64,000 nucleotides of DNA from Magallana gigas. Lineage: Eukaryota. The stretch lies in NCBI RefSeq assembly GCF_963853765.1, contig NC_088858.1, forward strand, positions 12,152,001-12,216,000, in the 5' to 3' direction. Positions 1 to 11,360 of the stretch are shown in pieces. Numbering within the stretch: position 1 is the first letter of the stretch; every line of letters begins with the position of its first letter. A model generated the notes under the pieces. That model was not told the DNA's origin, searched no databases, and was given only the letters and a program-made list of their open reading frames with translations. Both the position numbers and the translations under genes were made by a program.

Positions 1-328
1 TCTTATTAATCTTTTACTGCATAAAATGTAATTTGTAAATTACTGTCATCCTATGTATACCTGTGTAATGCATGTATGGTTATGCCAAGAAAGATCTCAA
101 AGTAAACATAGGATATATGATATACAAGCTAGCAGTATTTTCCCTTTATTGGAAAGTAAAAGGCTACAATTTAGTTCTAACGGGCCGGGGGTCAAAAGGA
201 TTATAGGTCATTTCAGAACCCTTCGGAGAGCTCTCACTAAGCTAGTGCATGTACCAGTATGTGAATAGTAAGTTAAACCTGCAAATACAATTTCACATTC
301 ATTCATTTAATGGTAAAATAAGATTTAC

Positions 329-1557
329 CTGCATTATTTATAAGAATATCAATTTTAGGCTCGCTTTTGTTGATGTTGTCAGCAAATTTGCGGATGGAAT
401 CTAAGGAGGCCAAGTCTACAATCTTGACAACAATATTCCGGTTGTTGGATTTCTTCATGATATCTGTTGCAGCTCTCTCTGCTCTGATAACATCACGACA
501 TGCTAATATAACTTTTGCACCTATCAATTGAAAAAAAAACATCTTTTCAAGTTATTACATGTAATAATGGGATGTCATTTGATGAAGAAGTTCTCATCTC
601 AAACAATCTTATAAATCCCTTTTCCAGTATGTTTTTATCTATTTCTTATAATCGTTGACAAATACAACAGTTACCATAGTCTGTGGGTGCATGTTTTGCT
701 GTACTGTCTTCAAAATCATTTTAGTTCTATGGAAAATGATAGTTAAAATCCTTTTGGATTGTTAAAATGGAGTAATCAAAGATGCTAGTGTACTGTATAC
801 TGAAGAATCATCAGTGTTCATGGCTTTTGTGAAGTAACCCTTGCCCACACATTTCCCAATGAACGTATATACATGCAAGCATTTGTTTAATATTGATAAA
901 CAAAATAGAACCTTTTCAAACGAAAATACTTCCCCCAGACCAGGATACTTTGGCTACCCAAGAACATTGATCCCCCACGAATAAACATGATTCCACAGGA
1001 ACCATTGTTTAAAGGATATTGTTAAATACGATACCCAGTGAATTGGCCAAAAAATATAATTCTTCAATCTTGCATGTAATTAATTTTTTTATATATTTAA
1101 TCTTCTATTCACTTAAAGGACAGGGTCATTCACTCTTTTAAAAGTCTACAAAATCATCAATATCACAATGCGTAAACATTTCTGATATATACAACAATCC
1201 AAGTTAAACAAATTTGAATGTGTCATTTTTTAAATCATCAAATTCATGGTAGATTTTCTATGATTCATTATACCGGTATAAGGGCTGCAGACTTATCTTA
1301 TGAGATATCATCATCCTTTATCAAAAGTCAAACTCGGCATCATTTCATAGCTGACCTCTTGATGCCAGATCAATGGCAGTCTCTTTCCCAATGCCTGTGT
1401 TAGCTCCTGTGATGATGACAGTTTTTCCATCGAGTCTTGCTTTGCTGCAACAAACACCTCCAGCAAAATATCGTCTAATGGCAGTAAAACTCACACCTAC
1501 AAATGTTGTCAAATAAAGACCAAAATGAAAGCAATGTAGAGGTTGATGCCTGAACAT
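329..1557 (-). CDS. Retinol dehydrogenase 11/12/13-like short-chain dehydrogenase/reductase, 5' part (exons 1557-1356 and 520-329; gene continues beyond window start)
   Basis: Exon 1 encodes a hydrophobic N-terminus and the SDR cofactor motif [26 protein letters not shown] phase-1 GT-AG junction joins it to exon 2, [10 protein letters not shown]...[13 protein letters not shown]...IDILINNAG, which ends at a GTAAAT donor. The exact paralogue cannot be resolved. Confidence 0.9.
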
Positions 1558-1616
1558 GTATTATCAATTCAGTGAATGGCGAAATTTCTTTGTTCAAGTG
1601 CGAAGAGGACAAACTG

Positions 1617-1991
1617 GGCTGCGTTCAAGATCGTAGCGGCTAGGTTGGGCTAGGTAGGGTCTACGTTGTTGAACGGTATGCTAGCCTAGCCGCTAGGTAG
1701 ATATTCGTAGCCTAAATATTTTATGCTAAGCATCGAATTCAAGATGGCCACCTTAGTTACCACTTTGTAACAAACACGAAATCTATTTATATAGTGATAT
1801 TTTATTCAGCCTTTAAGTTATAATGAATCTTAACATATGTATTTCCGCTTGAAATTAACAAATTATGTAAATGTAATAAGTCTTCAGTTGAATATTTCCA
1901 ACTTCAAATCTGAAACCTAGCGGTCCGTTCAATAGACCTAGATATCTACGACCTAGCGGCTAGGCTAGCAGCTACGATCTTGAACGCAGCC
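1617..1991. mobile_element. PIF/Harbinger-type MITE (375 bp)
   Basis: Perfect 21-bp TIR GGCTGCGTTCAAGATCGTAGC / GCTACGATCTTGAACGCAGCC, with subterminal CTAGC-rich repeats. Flanked by a 3-bp direct repeat CTG (1614-1616, 1992-1994); CWG target duplications are known for animal Harbingers. Confidence 0.8.
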
Positions 1992-2457
1992 CTGGTGTAA
2001 TACTAATTAAGAGGAAATTCTAGGTAAGATTTCCTCTTAAACCTTTTGGTAGTGTTTACAACAAACGTTTAAATTCAAAACAGTTTATCAAAAATGAAAT
2101 ATACATGCATTATTTACCTATTCCCAGAAGTGAACCAATTAGAAATCGGTGTTTTCTTGCAATGTCCAACATTTCCTCAAAATCTATTCCCGTCATGGTT
2201 TCGTAGATTAGGCCTACACAGATACACAGTAAAATGCCAATCCCGATCATCTGTGATGGAATGGGACAATTGCTCACTCTGTAAACGTTTTCACCAGAAA
2301 GCATATTATGCTGTATGCTTTTATCATGTAATTAAATTTTTTTCTCAGAATCTCACCTTTTTTTTCCAAGAATTATCGGAAAATCATATTCCGTAAAATT
2401 ACAGTTCAAATATAGGTTCCCGCTCACGTTAAGTAAAACGCGGATGTACTAATCAAT

Positions 2458-5239
2458 ATGGGAACCTTCAAGGGTATTTTGATGTTTGCCTTGGTTCTTG
2501 AGCAATGTCTGTCCGTCGATATTAATCAAGAGACCATTAAGAAGTTATTTCATTATTTAAGAAATCACACGGTAATTGCCTCTCCGTGTCTTCAGAAATC
2601 ACACAATTTAATTAGAATAGATACAGTGCCGATCAGACCCAACCTAACAGAAAGTAAACCCCAACTAAACCCTGGGTTTACTTTCTGGGTTTACTCTGGG
2701 TTTACTAGAGTGGACCCAGAGTAAACCCCAAGTAAACCCAGAGTGGACACAGAGAGTAAACCCGATCAGAAGTATATCCTGAAAGCAGACGCTTTATGTG
2801 TATTCGGAATATACAAGAGGCAGGACTCACAGGCAATAGGATGATAAGATAAAATACAAGTCTGCGTCACACTTCAGTGCGAATAGTTGACTCAAAAAGC
2901 AATTCTCGAGTAAACCCAAAGTAAACCCCGAGTAAACCTAAAGTAAACCCCAAGTGGACCCATATTTTCAAAAAGTAAACCCAGGGTTTAGTTGGGGTTT
3001 ACTCTGGTGTTAGGTTGGGTCTGATCGGTACTGTATGGTTGCATTTGGTAAAAACATAAATCTCATTCTTGAACAAGAATCTGCAGATGCGTTTTCAATG
3101 ACAAACCTGACAGTGAATGGCGAATTACTTCCAAAATATCGGTCTGAAAAAATAATGAAAGAATCTAAACTTGTGAAAGGATATGATAACAATTTTCCGG
3201 ATTCTTCATTTGCATTTGGGAAAAGATGTGGTAACAATTATGATGGATACAAAAACGAGTTGTACTGTATCGAACCTTTAGAGAAATACTTGTTCATTTC
3301 GAACAAATCAATTGTGTACAGAAAATCGGATATGGACGAAGGTTACCTCGCATCTCGCATTGATATCCTTGACACCAAAGCCACGCAAAAACAAGCTTTT
3401 AATGCCATTAAAAGCTCAATTTTATCAACAAAATATCTTTATATTTCTGATGAAAAGAGCCCTCGTTTTATTTCAAAACGCACCGCTACGCCAACTTCAA
3501 GGGCATGTTCCTTACACGTTGTTGCTGATCACATATTTTCTGAAAAAACCTCTTTGTCGAAAACAATATCTGAGATGCGCTATCAAGTAAGCCAAACTGA
3601 TATGATTTTCCGAAGCACCGACTTCAATGGAAATGGATATGGCGACAATATCCAACATCACCGTATTCACTGACCTCAGCTACAGCGGCTACTACATGTC
3701 GGACCTAAGTCTGGACGTCAATGGTTACCTATCCACGTTTTCTAAATACGACTTCCACCAATCATGTCTGGTTGTGGCTTTTACTGATCGTGATTTCGAT
3801 CGTGGCGTTGTCGGACTGGCTTGGATGGGATCTTCAAGCTTATATGGGTATCCTGGCGGTCTTTGCCAAAGAAGAATACAGTCCGATGGGGTTATGTACA
3901 GTTATAACACGGCACTCGTCACCATGCTTAACTACGGTACGCGAGTAAACAGTTACGAGTCATCAATGGTGTTGACCCATGAATTTGGTCACAATTTTGG
4001 GAGTTCGCATGATTCTGTAGGTGACGCTTCTTGTTTTTCTGATACATCCGGAAATTTCATAATGTATCCAACAGCTGGCGAGGATACAAAACCAAATGAA
4101 AACAAATTTTTCCCTTGCAGTATAAACATGATTTATCCAGTCATTGTGAACAAAGGCTGGTGTCTGGCTGATAGAAGTACCCCGTCTTGTGGAAATAGCA
4201 TCGTAGAACCAGGCGAAGAATGTGATTGTGGTACCTCGTTTACCTGTGTATATACTGACAACTGCTGTACTCCCTCGGACGTGACGAACTCTCCCGACGC
4301 GCCGTGTACATTTAGAAGGTCAGAAGGCAAAGTGTGCTCACCAAGAACAGGGCTCTGTTGTGAACAGAGCTGTACATTTACGCCAGCCAGTGTCCAGAAA
4401 GTGTGCGGGGTCTCCTCAGAATGCCAAGAGACTGTCGTTTGCGATGGAAACAATTCGGTATGTCCCAACGCCATCTTTAAGCAGGACAACACTTCATGTG
4501 ACTCTGATAGAAAGTTGTGTTACAATGGAACATTCTCAAAGAGTTCCTGTGAAAGGAACAATCTTGTTGAATGCCAGTGCACGGCTGTGCCTCATGATAT
4601 GTGTAAACTCTGTTGCAAAGCGCCGAAAAATGGTGACTGTAAACCAGCCAACGAGTTCAGTATCCTCTCTACCACAGGTGACGTCATTATGTTAGCATCC
4701 GGGTCATCATGCGATGAATTTACTGGATTTTGTGACTCACGACACACTTGTATCTCTGAAGACCCGAATGATGTAATAGACAGACTGAAAGACGCTTTTA
4801 GCTATCAAGTCAGACAAGACATTGGGTTATGGATGAAGAACAACTGGTATTACGTGTTGTTCTTTGGATTGTTGAGTTTGTTCATGCTCATTATCCTGTT
4901 CATTGGTTGTAGAAGAAAAAACGAAAACGTGCAAGGTCGGGCATACCGGCTGGGAAGATTCGAACAGGTGATGGCGCAAGCCAAGGATAGAAAGAAAAAG
5001 CAAGAAAGGAAGATTAATGTCTTGACGTCCATGTTTGACAAGAGAATTCGAAAGTACAACGTTTGGAATACACGTACGTCGTGGTCCGACTTTCAGTCTT
5101 CTTTCCAACGGCAACCAAGGAGGTGATCCGACAGGCGCTGGCCAAGTGTACTTCAGAGGACGTGGCAGTCCGACATTTACTGGTCAGTGGCTTCCCGATG
5201 AGAAAGATGGTTTGTGCGAAAGACTTTATGGTCAGCTAA
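2458..5239 (+). pseudogene. Intronless ADAM10/Kuzbanian-like metalloprotease-disintegrin, disrupted (MITE insertion at 2624-3033, frameshift ~3648, probable frameshift ~5052)
   Basis: Signal peptide at 2458; prodomain; furin-like site ISKR followed by TATPTSRACSLHVVADHIF; FTDRDFDRGVVGLAW; intact zinc motif HEFGHNFGSSHD; Met-turn GNFIMY; disintegrin CGNSIVEPGEECDCG; Cys-rich region; TM WYYVLFFGLLSLFMLIILFIGC. The motifs are closer to ADAM10 than ADAM17. The coding sequence is split over ORFs 2458-, 3035-3673, 3627-5126 and a third frame ending at TAA 5239. Confidence 0.85.
2624..3033. mobile_element. Tc1/mariner-type MITE (410 bp) inserted in the ADAM prodomain
   Basis: TIR CAGTGCCGATCAGACCCAACCTAACA / TGTTAGGTTGGGTCTGATCGGTACTG; TA duplicated on both sides (2622-2623, 3034-3035); subterminal GAGTAAACCC repeats. 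Confidence 0.9.
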
Positions 5240-5932
5240 ACTAGTAATGTGTTCACTTAGTTATGCAAGATCGAATATTTTATTTCACGTATTTCTTTCT
5301 GGTTATATTCTTAATGAAGTATATATATAAAAGTTTATTTTCAACCTAATAATTAGTACTTCCTTAATAGCTAAGAGTATGCTAAAGGAGTTGGGATGGG
5401 CTACATTAGCCTTAAAATCATTGAATCACTGAAGTATAGAAAAAATATTTTAGATTTAAATTTGAAATATTTCTTTATATTTGTTTCCCAATACAGAACA
5501 CATTTCTTTAAGCCGTTAAAATGTAGTTGCATGTACCTGTATTAAATTAGCTTTACATTTCGTTATTTGAGTTGGATACATTTGTGTTGCTTTGTTGTTT
5601 GAAATTGTATAACAGTATGGCAAATAATATGTGCAGTAGATTTCAATATGATTTTTATCTCTCTACATTAAATGAACCTGCAATAATCGACGTCGTAATT
5701 TCTAAGGAAACTTGGGTATATGTATTAAGGTATTGTAACTACATTGCATTGAATTCTCAAATAACAAATGTTGAATTGTTTCTGTTACAAGTGTAATCAA
5801 AACATACCTTAAAATTTATCCAAACAGCTTTAAAATACGTTATGTGTGTGTATATTTGATGTACAAACTGAATAACTGCTGCTGTATATTGTGAATAAAG
5901 TAAACTGCCAGTTTGGAACAATAAACGTCCCT

Positions 5933-6471
5933 TGTGGTTCTAGTTATCGTAAGGGTAACCATTATGTTCTATCGTTCAACCATCCTTGGTCTCATGACCA
6001 CATTACCCATGCCAACACAGAGGCATCACTTATCCCACAGCAGCCATTTTTCATAACAGAGGTGTAAATACATGTACTCTTGTTTGATAGGAAGTGGGTG
6101 CATGATATAAGTGAGAATTTCAAAGAAACTGATATATCATTAAAATACCACAACCAAAAAACTCTTTCGGTTTTAAACTTCCAACAAACTGAGGACATAC
6201 TGAAGAAAAACATGAAACGGAGAACCATAAACCTGTGTTTATTATGACAGGCAAACCACTTCCTAAACAAACAATATTATTTTGCCAAAGTGTGCGTCCA
6301 CATTCATTAAGTTGTTTTAATATTGACAGTCGTTCCGAAGACAAATATTGATCTTAGATCGGCTTGTGGTCCTGTGTGGTTCGCGTCGACGTCTTTTGCA
6401 GAAAGTAAAACCTGTGGTTTCTTTTATTCCTCTTCGTCATGAATTTCTTCGACTGGAGAAAAGGAAGTTGA
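5933..6471 (+). promoter_or_regulatory. Putative promoter/5' leader of the FN3-VWC receptor gene, with six RUNX-type hexamers, an ETS core and a uORF
   Basis: TGTGGT at 5933, 6365, 6375, 6413; ACCACA at 5997, 6147; AGGAAGT at 6462; 10-codon uORF 6439-6471. Motif matches only; function is inferred. Confidence 0.35.
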
Positions 6472-6472
6472 A

Positions 6473-7961
6473 ATGCAGGGTATTTTCTTGTTTCTGATTT
6501 CTTGGTGTCTGTTGACTGCCTGTATATATGGTACATGTGTGGACATTTTGTCGGGGTGTAAGAAGACCTGCTCTACAAATGGAGATTGTGATGTATCTAC
6601 AGGGTATTACTGCCAGAAACAGCTCTGCCAAGGTTTGATTTTTTTCCTTCAATGCAACTCTCTCAGATCTACCGCTAACTTTAATTCTGTCACTTTTATT
6701 TAAATTTTATAATTGGTTAGTTTATTTTCCAATATCTACGTAGTTAATATAATGTAAGCACATGAATATTTATCAATGTAATGAATAATAAACATTAAAT
6801 TTGTGCAACTATATATGCACCGTCATACATTTTAACATATCTTTTAAGACAAATGTAACTTTCATTTGACAGTTTTGTAATTGAATTTTATGACTGATTC
6901 ACTTATTCGGAGGGGGTGGGGTGGGTGGGTTTGGGTTTGGGGTTTAATATCTTACTAAAGCAACATTGTCCTTGATGGCATTCTCTATACCAATATACAG
7001 CATGATGCGACATGGTTTCTCTTTTGCCTAGCTCTGGTCTCTTTTTGTATAGGAAAGTATCAGCTAAAAGCTGAACTGCACGGAAGGAACGTATCCTTGA
7101 CGTGGAGGGACTTTAAGCCGCCCGATTACCAGTTCGAATACAGTGTAGCCATCTCTACATCGTTCACAACTACCACATGGAAGAAAGTTGAAGTACGATT
7201 ATTCTAAAAAAAAAAAAGAATGTCAACGTGTTGTATTCTGTAGATGTATTTTATATCATATTTATTATACAGTGTGTTTACTAGATATGTAAACACAATT
7301 TTTGCGAGCAAAGATTCTGGTCCGATCCACCTCTTTAAAAATAAGAGCGGATCAGAAATAGCAAATATTGTGTGTGTGTCTTGTAAACACGCCAAAGAGT
7401 AAGGAGTTTTAAATACTAGTCGCTAAATTAAAATATATGTTGATAAAAATGACATTGAACTCCTTTTCTATATTCAATACAAGATTTAAAAAAAATTAAA
7501 ACATGCTGCACTTCACCAAAATTACATTTTTTTATTCCAGTGCCAGTACTTAGTACCATTAGAGAAGGCCGTTATAGATTATTAATTATCTACCACTACA
7601 AATAATGCCACTGGGCTTTGTAAAATTTTAAAGATTTAGAAAAAACTATACAATATAAACAACTGAGAGTTTATTCATACAGAGGATAAACTTAATTTTA
7701 ATTCATTTTATGTTAATGTTTAATTCCAAAATCGGGGCAGAGTTCAGAATACATTATACTCAACTATTCCTATTTTATCTTGTGTTTTCCAGCAGGATTA
7801 TGTTTCTTTGATTTATTGTTGTGAATGAATGTGTTCATTGAAGGTACAAAATTCTGTCTTTGGTTGTTCATGCCAATATGAAGATAGTGAGCATTGCAGA
7901 AAATACATAGCGCAAACACCTCAAAATAAAAAATAAAAAATAATTTTATTGTTCATATTTA

Positions 7962-8002
<41 letters not shown>

Positions 8003-9863
8003 TTCATTTATTTTGCAGATAAAATGAGTTAAAGTACGAATACTATCTCTATTTTCGATCAGTACGTTGTATAGAAGGAACAGACAGTTCATACATATGT
8101 AGGTTATATGTTGCAAAAATTTGGAATTCAAGCTTTTCATTTGTAGTAATACGAACTCATGATGTTCTGGAAATTCTTACTGCATATATTCATTTTCATG
8201 CATGTAACATTTATTAGTTAACATTAATTATACATGTAGTATACCTATTTCAACTAACATTGTCATTCACTGCTAAATAATGCATTTGAAGTCAGTTTTA
8301 ATTAGTTCAAGGAATTTGTATATATCCACACACGGACAAAATTATTAGAAACTGGTTGTGACGTGATTCTATTTTGTCAGTAGCTACTTGAGCACCATCT
8401 TCCCAAGTCAAGGGTTTCTGATCCGCTCTGCTCTACACCAGTAACCCTTGACTTTGGAAGATGCTTGAGCACTCTCGGGAGAGATACTACGTTACGTTCA
8501 TCACTTTTGTAGGTAGGGTCAGCTCCAGAATGTATCTTGTACGACCTTCACCCTGGGACTATATACTACACAACAGTTGGGATATGGAAAGATATGCACT
8601 TTGCGGAATATCAAGAAACAAGCGAAATAATTTCGTTTAAAACATCAGGTAATTGACCAAGAAATGATGGTGATCTTACAACATACAGGGACACAGACAT
8701 TTTATAGATATCTATCAGTAAATATTCTGTATCCCCTCCTTTATTGTAAGCAAAAAACAAATATTAAATAAGGTCATTTAATGATTTTCGGCATTGAGAT
8801 TCTTTGAATCTTAAAAAAAAAATCTATACAATTCTTAATGAGCTATATTCACGTGTGAATTACTTATTTATGTACCGGTACACTACAGCACAACATAGTA
8901 TTTTTAAAAGTATTAAATGTATTATACAGTTGAATTTTTATAAACACATTACAGCACCAAATAAACTGTACTATTGTCATTCTTATATGTCTTAATTTCT
9001 CCCACTTCTTTCGGGCTTCAAAAGCCATGCACATACTATTGTATATGATTCTATATGTAGACAATTCGGCAAACAAAATGGAGTTAATTTATTTGGATTT
9101 ATTTGTAAAACTAAACGTAATGAAACCCCTGTTGTATCTTTTGTGTAATATCTTAATTTCCTTAGTACTATGTATTTTGGAATTTCCCTTTTCGCAGCTG
9201 CATACCGACATTCGCGTGGACTGTACTTTACCCCGTATATATTAAGTATGAAAAAAAAAAACCCGGTTTGTTTCAAAGTGAGAAGATAATTAATTATAAG
9301 GAAATGGAATTACATATATGTTGTTATATCTGTACGTGCATATATTCGTTCGTTCGCAAACCCATGCTATGATATAAATCTCGCTTAAGTTGGAGTGGTA
9401 TGGAAATAGTCAAAATGAATCAATTTAAATACGGGAGGGAAATAGTACCAAAGACATGCAGATATTATTTCTAAGAAAAAAAAATCATGTTTTCTCATAT
9501 TAATCAATAATGTAAAACGATTTAGTACATGATTATTGATATTTTGTAATTGCAAGAAAATATCTCATTATTTCGACATTACTATCTCGTTCTTCGAGAA
9601 AATTGTTGTTATTACCTCATACATGTAACTTTTTCGATTTGAGGAAAATCCGTGACTATGCGTGGTCACCGAATTCTGATTCTTACATAGAATTGATCTT
9701 AAGAGAAAGGATCTCATAGTTGAGAAATAAATATTTCATGATTAGGAAAAAGACATCTCCAGCTATATAACTAAATACGCAATACAAGCTGAAGCACTTC
9801 GAAATTAACATTTAAGACACAAAACATTAACTGTTTGTTTTCTCAAACTGATCCTACAGTGGC

Positions 9864-9953
<90 letters not shown>

Positions 9954-11326
9954 CAATGATTATCAATTACGCTCACCAAAAAATGTAAATTTCTTCTGCG
10001 TTGTACTGGTATATGTATATGCACTTGTACAAATATTATATTATTAGAAATTCAGCTAGGGTTTACTGATTTAAGAAAAAAAAATTATCAAACGTGATGG
10101 GTATAAGATTTATGTACTGTACAGATTACTCTTAGTTATAGATAGATCATGATATGGATATTTAAATAATTATACACTTATAAATTTGTATGACTTTGAA
10201 GTACATGTGCAGTGTATATATTAAATTCTTCAAGCAGATATTTATGAGTGCATATTTATACATTTATTACTTTTCTCACAACATCGAGACTTTTTCTCAT
10301 GAGAATTATAATTGCGCGTACTTAATAAATTAATCAATGTAAAAAAATCCAACATATTACACGTATCGTTTAGTCAATGCTAGATGATGTATATTAATAT
10401 ACATGAAATATGTCTAGTTATATAAAAAGGATCAAAATATACTTTTTAGAGGAACGTAATTTCACATGTTATAATAGTGTTTCGATATGTTACTCTGACA
10501 AATAAATATCAAAATGCTTTTTCTTTTTCCGCATTAGTTCCAATTCCTTTAACATTGCAATAACCTGTTTCATATTTATATTATGAAATCATTATTATAT
10601 CATGTACTATTATACTTGTATAACTTTTAATTAGTCATATAAAAATAATAAGTCCATTATATAATAAAAATATAATTGAATATCAGTTGTTACCTATACA
10701 TAAAAGTATTGGACATCTATCCATTTGTGACAAAAAATATTTGCTAAAGCAGAGACTTAAATAACATTTTATTCATGTCTCTGGTTAATTCTGTTAAATC
10801 AAAAGATGTATTTAAAGAACTTTGCTTGTGCATCAAAGCAGTATTAAATCAAACACAATAATAATGAAATAAGATATTTCATTTAACAAGAGGCCAATTG
10901 GCCTTAACGGTCACCTGAGTAACATATAACCCATACACAAACTTGTCGAGGAGTCTCATATATGCATTTAATTAATTAAGTTTCATTCTGGAGTAGAAAA
11001 ATTATAAATTTGTAATGACGACCACCTCCCTGCCTGAAATCTTTCAAAAAGAACTGTGAAACCTATAAATTTGACGAAAAACTTAAAGATCTGGTCTACA
11101 AAATCATGAATTCAGGTGTGTGAGAGTAAAGAAGATAATTTGTAACATTATATGCCTTAACACTTATACATCCATTTTGGCCCTGCCCTAGAGTCAAAAC
11201 CCATACTCCAGGGCACATGAAAATTAAAATTTCAGTAGAGGACTTCCTGGTAAACATAATTATAAGTAAGTTTTTTATACAGATGTGTGAGAATATAGAA
11301 GAATTTTTTTAAACATTACATGCATT

Positions 11327-11360
<34 letters not shown>

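Noticed and set aside
2094-2396. 100-aa ORF and its antisense ORF between RDH and ADAM
   Set aside because: No domain or signal features; the real ADAM signal peptide starts at 2458.
3010-5244. Antisense and alternate-frame ORFs over the ADAM gene (3010, 3312, 3721, 4133, 4360, 4827, 4850, 5035)
   Set aside because: Shadow frames of a real coding sequence with no independent motifs. The same applies to shadow ORFs over TTC12 and the TRIM-like gene.
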